A stretch of 51,089 nt of DNA from a virus (lineage: Duplodnaviria; Caudoviricetes), in IMG/VR virus record IMGVR_UViG_3300022879_000005, positions 1 to 51,089 of that record; one strand, written 5' to 3'. The notes beneath the pieces were generated by a model. That model saw nothing but the letters and a program-made list of their open reading frames with translations. It did not search any database and was not told where the DNA came from. How positions within the stretch are numbered: position 1 is the first letter of the stretch; each line of letters starts with the position of its first letter. Shown in pieces: positions 9,674 through 18,162 of the stretch. The translations under genes were made by a program, and so were the position numbers.

Positions 9674-9966
9674 TCGCTGGCCTCCTGTCTGCCGTGGGCG
9701 TGCCCCCTCTCGCGTGCTCTGGCGAGAATGTCCTCTATGCGTTCTTCGGCGCTGGTGATGGTCACCTCATACGCAGAGGCATTTTCGAGAGCGTCCAGCA
9801 TCAGCTCCAGGCGGTCGGCGCGGGTCGCCTTCTCCACGGCCGCGGCCACGATGAAGTTCTCGACCGAACGGCTATCAGCTGCTGCCAGGGTCTGTATCTT
9901 TGTCAGCACATCGAGCGGCAGAAAAATGGTCAAAGGACCGACAGACAACTTGGTATTAGTGTCCAT
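9670..9966 (-). CDS. ribbon-helix-helix-like DNA-binding protein
   Basis: LTIFLPLDVLTKIQTLAAADSRSVENFIVAA; GGAGG RBS. Confidence 0.65.
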   Translation of the reverse strand: MDTNTKLSVGPLTIFLPLDVLTKIQTLAAADSRSVENFIVAAAVEKATRADRLELMLDALENASAYEVTITSAEERIEDILARARERGHAHGRQEASE

Positions 9967-10315
9967 TTTTGGCCTCCGCCTGGCGTGCACGGTGCGCTGC
10001 AGCATCGGTCGGGCTGGCCAGCTCGAAGTGCGGCACCGTCTCGCCGTCCGGGGTGATGATCGACAGGGTGTGCACCTGCAGGCCACCCAGGGACAGGTCA
10101 CAGCCTTTGCCCTTGATGTAGCGGCCAATGCACGAGGTGCCCAGGCTGTACTGCAGATCCTCGATCTGCTCGCCAAACCCGCCGTCCATGAAGTCGCGCC
10201 CGCTCTGCAGGGTCTTGCACTGGGGGCAGACAAAAACCACGTCCTCGACGTGCACGGCCTGGGCCTTGTATTCGGCCTGGAACTGTTCCAGGGAGATTTC
10301 GCGGCGGCCGGTCAT
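9956..10315 (-). CDS. VVA0879-like Cys-rich phage protein
   Basis: FVCPQC..LQS..DF...SCIGR....GCD.SLGGL. Confidence 0.7.
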   Translation of the reverse strand: MTGRREISLEQFQAEYKAQAVHVEDVVFVCPQCKTLQSGRDFMDGGFGEQIEDLQYSLGTSCIGRYIKGKGCDLSLGGLQVHTLSIITPDGETVPHFELASPTDAAAHRARQAEAKNGH

Positions 10316-10956
10316 GCTGCACGCTCGCTTTCTTTCTCGATGGTGATGGGCAGCAGTCGCGCGGCCTCGCGGCACTTCTCCAGCTGGTCTACTGGGTAGC
10401 CCCAGACATTGCCCTTGCCGAACGTGCGCTCCATGCCGATGAAGTACATGCCGATGCGGGTACCCTGCATCACATAGTCACGCATCATGGTCACCAGCTC
10501 GCGCAGGGTGCCGCCGTGGCCGAAGCCCTCCCAGCTGCCGTTGGTGCGCAGCACCACTTTGTTGCCCGACTTTTCATCAATCAGGTGCACGGCGCCATCG
10601 ACCACCAGGCGCGCCACACGGTCATGCTTGGCGCTGTAGAAGAAGCAGCGCCCGTGCTGAGAAATCACCTCAATCAGCTGGTTGGCGTAGACGCATCGCA
10701 CCTGCTTGGCGAACTCGTGTTTGCCTGGCTCGGTCATCTTGGCGTCAGTGAAGGCCTTGGCCAGCAGGCCGCACAGGGTGGAAACAGCTTCCATCGACTT
10801 TTCGGTAACGTCTGGACCTACAGCCAGCTCAGCCTTGAGGCCGGTGCGGATATGTTCAAGCACCAGCACATGGCCGGTATCGGTCTTGGTCGAAGACAAG
10901 GCGAAGCGCTCGCGGTCAAGCATTCCATTGATCCAGTTGATTCCATCAGTGTGCAT
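10312..10956 (-). CDS. conserved phage hypothetical protein
   Basis: AN.LI..I..HGR.FF...W.GF.HGGTLR.LV..MRDYV...WGY motif. Confidence 0.75.
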   Translation of the reverse strand: MHTDGINWINGMLDRERFALSSTKTDTGHVLVLEHIRTGLKAELAVGPDVTEKSMEAVSTLCGLLAKAFTDAKMTEPGKHEFAKQVRCVYANQLIEVISQHGRCFFYSAKHDRVARLVVDGAVHLIDEKSGNKVVLRTNGSWEGFGHGGTLRELVTMMRDYVMQGTRIGMYFIGMERTFGKGNVWGYPVDQLEKCREAARLLPITIEKESERAA

Positions 10957-11242
10957 AGCGTGGTGCCTCGAACATGCGGTTGTAGGTGACGTGTCCCAGC
11001 AGACAGGCAGCGAGCCCGCTTACAGCATTGGCGCAGGCCAGGCGATAACCGGCCTCCCCCGTTTCACCATTGCCACGGCCGACAGTCATGGCGCCGGTGG
11101 CCAGGTGGTGGGCGACAGCCACAAAGTTGGTGGCTTCCTCGCCCATCAGCTCGTTGTTGGTGAAACTCACGGTGAAGACCACCACCCCACAGGGGGTTTT
11201 GTCGGTCGAGCGGTTCAGCGTGGTGTCGTTGTTCCAGATCAT
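10946..11242 (-). CDS. hypothetical protein
   Basis: ATG at 11242 coupled to the upstream stop (ATGA). Confidence 0.6.
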   Translation of the reverse strand: MIWNNDTTLNRSTDKTPCGVVVFTVSFTNNELMGEEATNFVAVAHHLATGAMTVGRGNGETGEAGYRLACANAVSGLAACLLGHVTYNRMFEAPRYAH

Positions 11243-11607
11243 GAGTGCCCCAGCTCCGGCCGCACCGGCCGCCCTATGTACGTCTCCAGGCGCTTGGCCA
11301 CCATGTTGGCCAGCTCGATCAGGCCGCGGCGCTTTGCCGGCGGCGCCAGCCCGATCAGATGGCTGCCCTCCAGCGATTCCACCAGCAGCTCGACGTTGCG
11401 TGGCGTTGCCGGGATAGCCTGGCCAGCCTTCAAAGCCTCGGTGATGGCTTGTGCGGCATCTGCCCAGCTCTCGGGCTCGAAGTCCGCCGGCGGGTTGTAC
11501 TCGTAGGTGTCCGCCAGTAGCTCGGCATTCCCCAGGAAGCGCATGCGGGCGGCGAGTAACTCCGCCGCCATGGCGCTGAAAAAAATCGGTAGGTTGTTGG
11601 TTTGCAT
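11239..11607 (-). CDS. hypothetical protein
   Basis: GAGG RBS; first gene after a family A operator/promoter. Confidence 0.7.
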   Translation of the reverse strand: MQTNNLPIFFSAMAAELLAARMRFLGNAELLADTYEYNPPADFEPESWADAAQAITEALKAGQAIPATPRNVELLVESLEGSHLIGLAPPAKRRGLIELANMVAKRLETYIGRPVRPELGHS

Positions 11608-11636
11608 GTGCATACCTCTGGCTGATTTGCCGGGGC

Positions 11637-11690
11637 ATGATTGCATAAACGCGCGTTCGCGCCAACCTGTTTACGCGCGTTCGCGCCTTT
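11637..11690 (-). promoter_or_regulatory. promoter (TTGGCG-17-AATCAT) with two tandem family A operators
   Basis: ACGCGCGTTCGCGCC occurs twice. Confidence 0.65.
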
Positions 11691-11798
11691 TGTTTTGCTT
11701 CCATTCCTATCCCGCTCCTGCAGGTATAGGCCGCGAATTACGCGGCCCCAGGCGGTTTCGGGCGGCACTTTTGCGCCATCCCGCTCCCACAACCTCGA

Positions 11799-12206
11799 TC
11801 AGCTTGCGTGCGCTTCCTGGTACTGCTGGCTCTGGTACCACTTGGAGAGCAGGCCGCGGACGCCATCAGGCACCGGCAGCTGCGCGCACTCGACCAGCTG
11901 CACACACGCCTCCACCAGCTGGATTTCACGGCCGTACTCGGCAATGAAACGGGCTTTGTCGCCATGGACCGCCAGCAGCCCCGGGGCGCCCCGCCCTTCC
12001 TGGTGGTGCCCGGCACACAGCGGCAGCACGTAGTAATGGGCGTGGGCCTTGGTACGGCCGTCGCAGTGGTGAATCGATACGTGCGGCGGCAGCGTGTAAT
12101 CCCGCGGGCGGCCATCGAGCAGGCAGCAGATACACCCGCAAATCTCGGCCACGTTGTCGTGCCAGCGCTTTTCGGTGTCGTTGACCGTGCGTCCTCCGAA
12201 CGTCAT
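11799..12206 (-). CDS. ref: Ref family recombination-enhancement HNH nuclease
   Basis: CICC...SIHH.DGRT...H...LPLC..HHQ...VH.D matches the P1 Ref zinc/HNH pattern. Confidence 0.85.
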   Translation of the reverse strand: MTFGGRTVNDTEKRWHDNVAEICGCICCLLDGRPRDYTLPPHVSIHHCDGRTKAHAHYYVLPLCAGHHQEGRGAPGLLAVHGDKARFIAEYGREIQLVEACVQLVECAQLPVPDGVRGLLSKWYQSQQYQEAHAS

Positions 12207-13345
12207 AGCCCGAACCTCACAGGCTGAGGACCTGGGCGAGCAGCTCGCAGGTTGACCAGGCCGGCAGGGATAGCCTTTGGCTGGGGTGCTGCAGGCGCAG
12301 CGACAGCAGCAACCGGCTCAGCCGGCGCATGCGCCGCTGCCAATCGCATAAGCGCTTCCAGGCCAATGCCCGGGCCCTTGTCGACAGCAGGTTGTGCTGG
12401 CTCTGCCGCGGTGGCCACCGGTGCCGCCGGCTTTGCCGCTTCGGCGGTCACCCGGGCTTGCTGGACGCGCTCCGACTTCTGCGCACGGGTTGCATATGCC
12501 TCGCAGTTCGCCAGCAGCGGACCAACTGGGTGCATGGCGTCCACCAGGTGCTTGGCCGTTTCGTGCTTGACGTAGTAGGTGACGATCGATGCCGCCAGGT
12601 CGCCCACCCGGTCGACGATTTGGCACATTTGCGACAGCAAGCGCTTGTTACACAGCGGCCATGCCCGGTGCTTGGCACGGTAGGCGCGGGCATAGGCATG
12701 CCATGGGGCATAACTCTTTGCATCAGGACACTGGGGATAGTCGCTTGGCTCCCCCGACTCTGGGCTGTGGCTTTTCGCGCCAACAGGCGCCTTCACCTCG
12801 ACCGATCCCCCGGCTTGCCCGGGGTCGTCGTAAGTAATTGCTTTTTCAATCTGAAATGAACTTTCAGTACTGTCTAATGTTTCCGGCTTTCCCGTAAACG
12901 GTGATGCCGTAACGGGCGATTCCGTATGTGGTGCCACCGTTTCCGGCAAATCCGTAAACGGTTGATCGCCAGTCTTGCCGCCCCGGCCGCCGGCCTTGAG
13001 TTTCACGCTGGCCAGATAGACTGCAGCCTGCTCAAGGTCGGGCACCTCGGAGACTTCGTACTCCACGCCTCGGAAGTTGCCGCCTTCGCGAACGAACTCC
13101 TGGTACAGGTAGCCGGCCGCACGCAGCTCGTTGAGCACCTTGTACACCTTGTCTCGACCGGATCGCCCGCCAATCGCCTTTTCAGTCTGGTTGATCAAAT
13201 CCTTGATTTGGACGCGCCAGTTATCCGGCTTGCTCAGGAGGTAAATCAACATCCCCCGGCCCGCCCACGACAGGCGCCGGTCCTCGACGACCGAGGACGG
13301 GAGCATGTAGTAGGTACTTTTTCGGGCAGCGCGAACGATGCTCAT
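12203..13345 (-). CDS. phage replication initiator (N-terminal winged HTH)
   Basis: D.RLSW..RG.L.YLLSKPD.W......L...GRD.VY..L.EL..AGYL; internal iterons and AT-rich tract; GGAGG RBS. Confidence 0.85.
   Translation of the reverse strand: MSIVRAARKSTYYMLPSSVVEDRRLSWAGRGMLIYLLSKPDNWRVQIKDLINQTEKAIGGRSGRDKVYKVLNELRAAGYLYQEFVREGGNFRGVEYEVSEVPDLEQAAVYLASVKLKAGGRGGKTGDQPFTDLPETVAPHTESPVTASPFTGKPETLDSTESSFQIEKAITYDDPGQAGGSVEVKAPVGAKSHSPESGEPSDYPQCPDAKSYAPWHAYARAYRAKHRAWPLCNKRLLSQMCQIVDRVGDLAASIVTYYVKHETAKHLVDAMHPVGPLLANCEAYATRAQKSERVQQARVTAEAAKPAAPVATAAEPAQPAVDKGPGIGLEALMRLAAAHAPAEPVAAVAAPAAPQPKAIPAGLVNLRAARPGPQPVRFGL
12831..12962. repeat. putative lytic origin: five 15-bp-period iterons plus adjacent AT-rich tract
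   Basis: CCGT at 12892, 12907, 12922, 12937 and 12952; CCGTAAACGG twice; AT-rich 12831-12880. Confidence 0.7.
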
Positions 13346-13484
13346 TGAGCACCTCCTTGTGATCTGGGTGCTGTGAGCAGGGCGAAAGGCAAAACGCAGG
13401 AGAAAACGCAGCCGCCTGGCTGGGTTTTAGAGCGCGAGAATGTGACGCAAAGGCGCGAACGTGTTAACGCGCGTACATGGGGGA

Positions 13485-13495
13485 TGTGGTATAGT
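13485..13495 (+). promoter_or_regulatory. extended -10 promoter (TGTGGTATAGT), antisense to the rep leader
   Basis: Near-consensus extended -10, preceded by family A-like repeats at 13452-13474. Confidence 0.5.
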
Positions 13496-13641
13496 CGGGC
13501 TACTGACACAAAGGACCCCCGGTACCGGGTAAGCACGGATGGCTTTGAGATCCAGGGGCTATGGATTTGCCATAGCGGTGTGAGTAGCGACCCAGCTTGT
13601 CTAGAGCTTGATCGTTGAATGAAAGTATTTTCATTTGTTGT

Positions 13642-13692
13642 GCAAAAAGAACCCTGGAGCCTTGGTCGGTGAAGTGGGTTCTTTTTTTTTGC
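13642..13692. terminator. bidirectional hairpin/attenuator in the rep leader
   Basis: GCAAAAAGAACCC...GGGTTCTTTTTTTTTGC inverted repeat. Confidence 0.5.
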
Positions 13693-13744
13693 CTCCTTTT
13701 GACGGACCTACGCAGAAGCGCAGGTGTGATCCAATCTGGCGAGC

Positions 13745-13793
13745 TGTATACCACAGCCCCCGGGAGGCGTCTAAACGATTTTATCCGCGTACA
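13745..13793 (-). promoter_or_regulatory. promoter for the rep operon (TAGACG-17-TATACA) with a family B operator at 13782-13793
   Basis: 17-bp spacing, TG extension and exact TGTACGCGGATA. Confidence 0.55.
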
Positions 13794-13796
13794 GTG

Positions 13797-14273
13797 CTAA
13801 GCCTTTGGCGTTTTTTTAGGCACCAGGTGCGCTACAGCCCGCAGATACAGGGCTTTCGACAGGCCGCGCTGCCCAGATGGTGCGCCCGAAATAATATCCA
13901 TCTTGCTGGCCGTCTTGAATTTTGGCGACAGATCGTAAAAGCGCAGTTTCGTCGCCAGGCGGGTACCGCGGGCGATCGAGCAGCGCAGCTCTCGCTCCGG
14001 GTAATCCTGGTCAAACCAGCCGAACGGCAGCCCCAAAATATCCTCAAGACGCCGGCTCAGTCGCTCCGGTATGCCCCCGCGGGCATTGACCGCAACGCTC
14101 ATTTGGTTGGCGAACTTCACCTGGTCCTGTTCCGAGTAGGCGCTTAGGGCGCGGATGCGTACCCCGTCAAACCGTAGGTCCACGTACAGGATGAAGCGCT
14201 GGCGCCGGGCTGCCTGGGCAGCATCGCAAGCCTCTTCGACGGTTCGACACCCCTCAAATATCTCGATGTTCAT
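13797..14273 (-). CDS. putative HTH transcriptional regulator (repressor/Cro-like)
   Basis: IPERLSRRLEDILGLPFGWFD resembles the C-terminal end of phage XRE HTH domains; divergent from ssb. Start uncertain. Confidence 0.6.
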   Translation of the reverse strand: MNIEIFEGCRTVEEACDAAQAARRQRFILYVDLRFDGVRIRALSAYSEQDQVKFANQMSVAVNARGGIPERLSRRLEDILGLPFGWFDQDYPERELRCSIARGTRLATKLRFYDLSPKFKTASKMDIISGAPSGQRGLSKALYLRAVAHLVPKKTPKA

Positions 14274-14374
14274 GCAGTTCTTTATCGGTGGCTGTCTTGA
14301 TGGCCTGATCTTACAGCACTGATATACAAACCGCTGTTTTTTACGAGAAAACCCCTTTATCGTATGCCCCGCAA

Positions 14375-14408
14375 TGTACGCGGATACAAATTGCCGTGTA
14401 CGCGGATA
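14375..14408 (+). promoter_or_regulatory. tandem family B operators upstream of ssb
   Basis: TGTACGCGGATA at 14375 and 14397 (22-bp spacing). Confidence 0.65.
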
Positions 14409-14424
14409 TAAAAAAGGGTGCCAA

Positions 14425-14955
14425 ATGGCTCGCGGCGTAAACAAAGTGATTCTGGTGGGAACGTGCGGACAAGATCCCGAGACGCGCTACCTGCCCAATG
14501 GCAACGCAGTAACCAATCTCAGCCTGGCCACCAGCGAGCAGTGGACGGACAAGCAAAGCGGCCAGAAGGTCGAGCGCACCGAATGGCACCGCGTGTCCCT
14601 GTTCGGGAAGGTGGCCGAGATTGCCGGCGAATACCTGCGCAAGGGCTCCCAGGTCTACATCGAGGGCAAGCTGCAGACCCGCGAATGGGAAAAGGACGGC
14701 ATCAAGCGCTACACCACGGAAATCATCGTGGACATCAACGGCACCATGCAGCTGCTGGGTGGCCGTCCACAGCAGGAAGGTGGCCAGCAGTCGCCACGCC
14801 CTCACCCGCAAGATAGTGCGGCCCGTCAGGCGCCGCCGCGGCGTCAGCAGAGCCAGTACTCCGCCCAGAGCCAGCAGGCCGGGAACGGTCCAGACACCCC
14901 CGATTTCTCGGACGATATCCCGTTTGCCCCGCTCCACCACCTGGTTGGGGCCTGA
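14425..14955 (+). CDS. ssb: single-stranded DNA-binding protein
   Basis: [12 protein letters not shown]...TEWHRV...DDIPF, Pseudomonas type. Confidence 0.97.
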   Translation: MARGVNKVILVGTCGQDPETRYLPNGNAVTNLSLATSEQWTDKQSGQKVERTEWHRVSLFGKVAEIAGEYLRKGSQVYIEGKLQTREWEKDGIKRYTTEIIVDINGTMQLLGGRPQQEGGQQSPRPHPQDSAARQAPPRRQQSQYSAQSQQAGNGPDTPDFSDDIPFAPLHHLVGA

Positions 14956-14958
14956 TCG

Positions 14959-15141
14959 ATGCCCCATCCGATCCAGTACCTGGGCCACCCCCTGCACACA
15001 GTGAACGCTAAAGCAGCGCTGCGCCGCGAGCTGGAAGAAGCCGTGGCCAGGTTCGGGCCGGTTCCCCCAGCACCAGAATTTCAGATCAAGCCCACCCCCG
15101 CGCAAGAGCGCGTGACCCGCTACGGCCTCCACAAGAGATAA
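14959..15141 (+). CDS. small hypothetical protein
   Basis: Tightly packed between ssb and rdgC. Confidence 0.6.
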   Translation: MPHPIQYLGHPLHTVNAKAALRRELEEAVARFGPVPPAPEFQIKPTPAQERVTRYGLHKR

Positions 15142-15144
15142 GCC

Positions 15145-16065
15145 ATGTTCTTCAAAAACCTGCTGCCCTACCGCTTGACCCAATCCATAGACTTTGAAGT
15201 CGAGGCGCTCGAAACCGCCCTGGCATCGAAGCCCGCCCGCCCCTGCGCCAGCCAGGAGCTGAGCACCTACGGTTTCATTGCGCCGTTCGGCAAGGGTGAG
15301 GATGCGCCCCTGGTGCACGTCAATGGCGACTTCCTGCTGATCGCCGCGCGCAAAGAGGAACGCATTCTGCCGGGCGCCGTGGTCACCGAAGCCGTTAAGG
15401 AAAAGGTCGAGGAAATCGAGGCCGAGCAAATGCGCAAGGTCTACAAGAAAGAGCGTGACCAGATCAAAGACGAGATTATCCAGGCCTGCCTGCCGCGCGC
15501 GTTCGTCCGTCGCTCGATGATCTTCGCCGCGATCGACACCCGCCAGGGCCTGATCCTGGTCAACAGCGCCAGCGCCAGCCGCGCCGAAGACCTGCTGTCG
15601 ACACTGCGCGAAGTACTGGGCTCGCTGCCGGTGCGCCCGGCCACCGTCAAGATCAACCCCAGCGCCACCATGACCGACTGGCTCAAGCAGCAGCGGGCCG
15701 CCGAGCACTTCACCGTGCTCGATGCATGCGAGCTGCGCGACACCGCCGAGGGTGGCGGCATTGTGCGCTGTACCCGCCAGGACTTGACCAGCGAAGAAGT
15801 GCAGCTGCACCTGGCCACTGGCAAGGCCTGCACCCGCCTGGCGCTGGCGTACAAGGACCAGCTGTCCTTCGTGCTCGATGACAGCCTGAGCATTTCCCGC
15901 GTGCGCTTTGAAGACCTACTGGTCGAGCAGGCCGAGCAGGATGGCGGCGACGAGGCCGCGGGCCAGTTCGATGCGAGCTTTGCCCTGATGATGCTGACCT
16001 TCCGCGCGTTCCTGGCTGATCTGTTCGTCTCCCTTGGCGGCGAAGAAGTGCCGCAGGGGGTGTGA
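15145..16065 (+). CDS. rdgC: recombination-associated protein RdgC
   Basis: MFFKNLL.YRL...EERILP..VV...LPRAF.R...[11 protein letters not shown]...FDA.F.LM. Confidence 0.95.
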   Translation: MFFKNLLPYRLTQSIDFEVEALETALASKPARPCASQELSTYGFIAPFGKGEDAPLVHVNGDFLLIAARKEERILPGAVVTEAVKEKVEEIEAEQMRKVYKKERDQIKDEIIQACLPRAFVRRSMIFAAIDTRQGLILVNSASASRAEDLLSTLREVLGSLPVRPATVKINPSATMTDWLKQQRAAEHFTVLDACELRDTAEGGGIVRCTRQDLTSEEVQLHLATGKACTRLALAYKDQLSFVLDDSLSISRVRFEDLLVEQAEQDGGDEAAGQFDASFALMMLTFRAFLADLFVSLGGEEVPQGV

Positions 16066-16067
16066 CC

Positions 16068-16595
16068 ATGACGGATCATTCAGACGTACCAGCAAAGACC
16101 AAGCGTGTGCTGGATGCTTGCTGTGGCAGCCGCATGATGTGGTTCGATCGCACGAATACAGACGTGGTGTTTGGGGATGTGCGGAACGAAGTCATCACCG
16201 TAACTGACCGATCCCACGGCAATGAAGACGGCACGCGCACACTCAGAATTGAGCCAGACGTGATGTTTGACTTTCGCGCCCTGCCCTACCCCGACGGCTC
16301 GTTCAAGCTCGTTACCTTCGATCCCCCGCACCTGGTGAAAGCCGGCCCCAAAAGCTGGCTGGCAGCCAAGTACGGCAAGCTGGGCCCGAACTGGCGGGAG
16401 GATCTACGCCAGGGGTTTGCTGAATGCTTACGGGTACTGGCGCCGGACGGTGTGCTGGTTTTCAAGTGGAATGAAACCCAGGTCAAGGTAAGTGAGGTGC
16501 TGGAACTGGCGCCTATCGCGCCGCTTTTTGGGCACCCGACCGGGCGAAAGGGCCTAACCCACTGGCTCGTGTTCATGAAACCTGAAGCCGAATGA
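16068..16595 (+). CDS. phage class I SAM-dependent methyltransferase
   Basis: VLDACCGSRMMWFD...FDPPHL...KYG.L...RVL..GVL.FKWNE. Confidence 0.85.
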   Translation: MTDHSDVPAKTKRVLDACCGSRMMWFDRTNTDVVFGDVRNEVITVTDRSHGNEDGTRTLRIEPDVMFDFRALPYPDGSFKLVTFDPPHLVKAGPKSWLAAKYGKLGPNWREDLRQGFAECLRVLAPDGVLVFKWNETQVKVSEVLELAPIAPLFGHPTGRKGLTHWLVFMKPEAE

Positions 16596-16601
16596 CAGAC
16601 G

Positions 16602-16640
16602 AAAAAAAGCCGCGGCTCCCGAAGGATCGCGGCCTTTTCT
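16602..16640. terminator. intrinsic terminator
   Basis: GCCGCG...CGCGGC stem flanked by A and T tracts. Confidence 0.65.
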
Positions 16641-16707
16641 CACAAAAATCAGCCAGATATTTGTGCCTCGCATTATATGCCCCTGCACTCGTTTATCAAG
16701 GGACCCC

Positions 16708-17001
16708 ATGAAAATCATCTTTGACGGCACGCATGTACGCCACGTCGGCGACAAGGGCCCGCGCGGCAAATTGCGGGCCCAGCTGCCGAACAAGCGCGTG
16801 GCCTGGACTGCCGTTGTCCAGCTCAAGGACGGCGCCGGCAATGCGACCGAGGCGAACTGGTCAACCCAGCCAGGCCAGCGCATGAACTACCTAGAAGCCA
16901 AGGCGGCGATGTTCGCTGTGGTGGACGAGCTGCAGCGGGTGTTTATCGAGACGTACAACCTGGGCCCAGACTCGGTTCACTTCACCCTGGTGAGCCGCTG
17001 A
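16708..17001 (+). CDS. hypothetical protein
   Basis: AAGGGA RBS; TGATG coupling to the next gene. Confidence 0.7.
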   Translation: MKIIFDGTHVRHVGDKGPRGKLRAQLPNKRVAWTAVVQLKDGAGNATEANWSTQPGQRMNYLEAKAAMFAVVDELQRVFIETYNLGPDSVHFTLVSR

Positions 17002-17492
17002 TGCGCGCACCCCGCGACACCAGCACCCTCAGTTTCAGCCTGCAGAAGCTGGCCCTGCCCCCGGCGATCGCTGCCCGGGCACAGAGCGGCGCAGTGAACC
17101 TGGTAGTGATCCCTTGCCGGCCGCAGCCGGTAATCGACCCCGAGACAGTGCAACAGGCCGGCATTGCGCCAGGCGACGTTTTAGCGCTGATCGATGCAGT
17201 TCAATGCGCGTTCACCTGGGGATTGATCGACTCACACACCGCCCCAATCGGGCGCGGCCACGCCTTCGAGCTACTGCAGGCGCTCCCCGCGCAGAAGTAC
17301 TCCCGTCTCGGTACCGGCCTGGTGCGCCACGTCGGCATTACCCGGGCGGACCAACTGACCGACGCCCAGCTGCGCGAAAGCGGCCACGCCACGGCCGCCG
17401 ATTTTGCCGAATATTGGGCCAGCGCTGTGCCCGATATCCCCGCCGCTACCAATCCCTGGTGCTGGCTCATTCGATTTGAACTCAAGGGGTAA
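17001..17492 (+). CDS. ASCH/PUA-like protein
   Basis: LTDAQLRESG...F..YW......NPWCWLIRFE resembles the ASCH C-terminus. Confidence 0.6.
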   Translation: MRAPRDTSTLSFSLQKLALPPAIAARAQSGAVNLVVIPCRPQPVIDPETVQQAGIAPGDVLALIDAVQCAFTWGLIDSHTAPIGRGHAFELLQALPAQKYSRLGTGLVRHVGITRADQLTDAQLRESGHATAADFAEYWASAVPDIPAATNPWCWLIRFELKG

Positions 17493-17497
17493 ACAAT

Positions 17498-17839
17498 ATG
17501 CACACATTGCCACTACTGGTAGCGATCGGCACGCTGATCTACCTCTTCCGTTATTACCACCCGAGCAACCATGTCAATCCGTACTTGTACAAGTTTCACA
17601 AGCGCATGCGAGTGTGCCTGGGGATGCTGGTTGTATGTTCCCTGATGGCGATTGCGTATCGCTTGCCGGGCGACTTCGCCAACTTCGTGCGGGGTGTGCA
17701 GGCCAACCAGGTCCAGCTGGCGCTGAAACGGCAGGAAGCCCGGCAGGCGTCAGAAATCAAGCACCTTCGCCAGATGATTGACGCCCTTGGGGGGCTGGAC
17801 AACTATTTGGCGCACCAGAAGGCAGCGCAAACACGCTGA
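17498..17839 (+). CDS. membrane protein (2 TM plus coiled coil)
   Basis: Two hydrophobic segments; RBS present. Confidence 0.65.
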   Translation: MHTLPLLVAIGTLIYLFRYYHPSNHVNPYLYKFHKRMRVCLGMLVVCSLMAIAYRLPGDFANFVRGVQANQVQLALKRQEARQASEIKHLRQMIDALGGLDNYLAHQKAAQTR

Positions 17840-17998
17840 AACCAAAATTTCTATACCACTCGTCGCTAAAACCCCTTTTGTGGGGAACCTTCTCGTGGCA
17901 CCCTTCACAAACGATCATTGGAGGGATGGGGTCAATGTGTGGGACCGGTTTCGGCCTGACGAGCGGTAGCCCTTGTTTCAAGGGACCTCCAGGCATCA

Positions 17999-18025
17999 GT
18001 GACGCGGATATTATATCCGCGTCAC
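17999..18025. repeat. perfect 27-bp palindrome built from two family B-like half-sites
   Basis: GTGACGCGGATAT-T-ATATCCGCGTCAC. Confidence 0.85.
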
Positions 18026-18162
18026 ACACGGCGAAATCTTTCTCTTTGATCTAGGCTAACACCTGCTTATTTAAACCTACGTCTTTCGATACACAGTCTG
18101 GAATCGTCCATGCAGCAGGTCGTCCCCATCAACACAGAACACACAAGCATAAAGGCAGAAAT

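Noticed and set aside
14341-15810. 489-aa minus-strand ORF
   Set aside because: Antisense to clear ssb and rdgC genes.
17999-18025. Palindrome read as a protelomerase site or loxP
   Set aside because: Shorter than typical tel sites and lacks the 8-bp asymmetric lox spacer; the adjacent enzyme is an arm-binding P4-type integrase.
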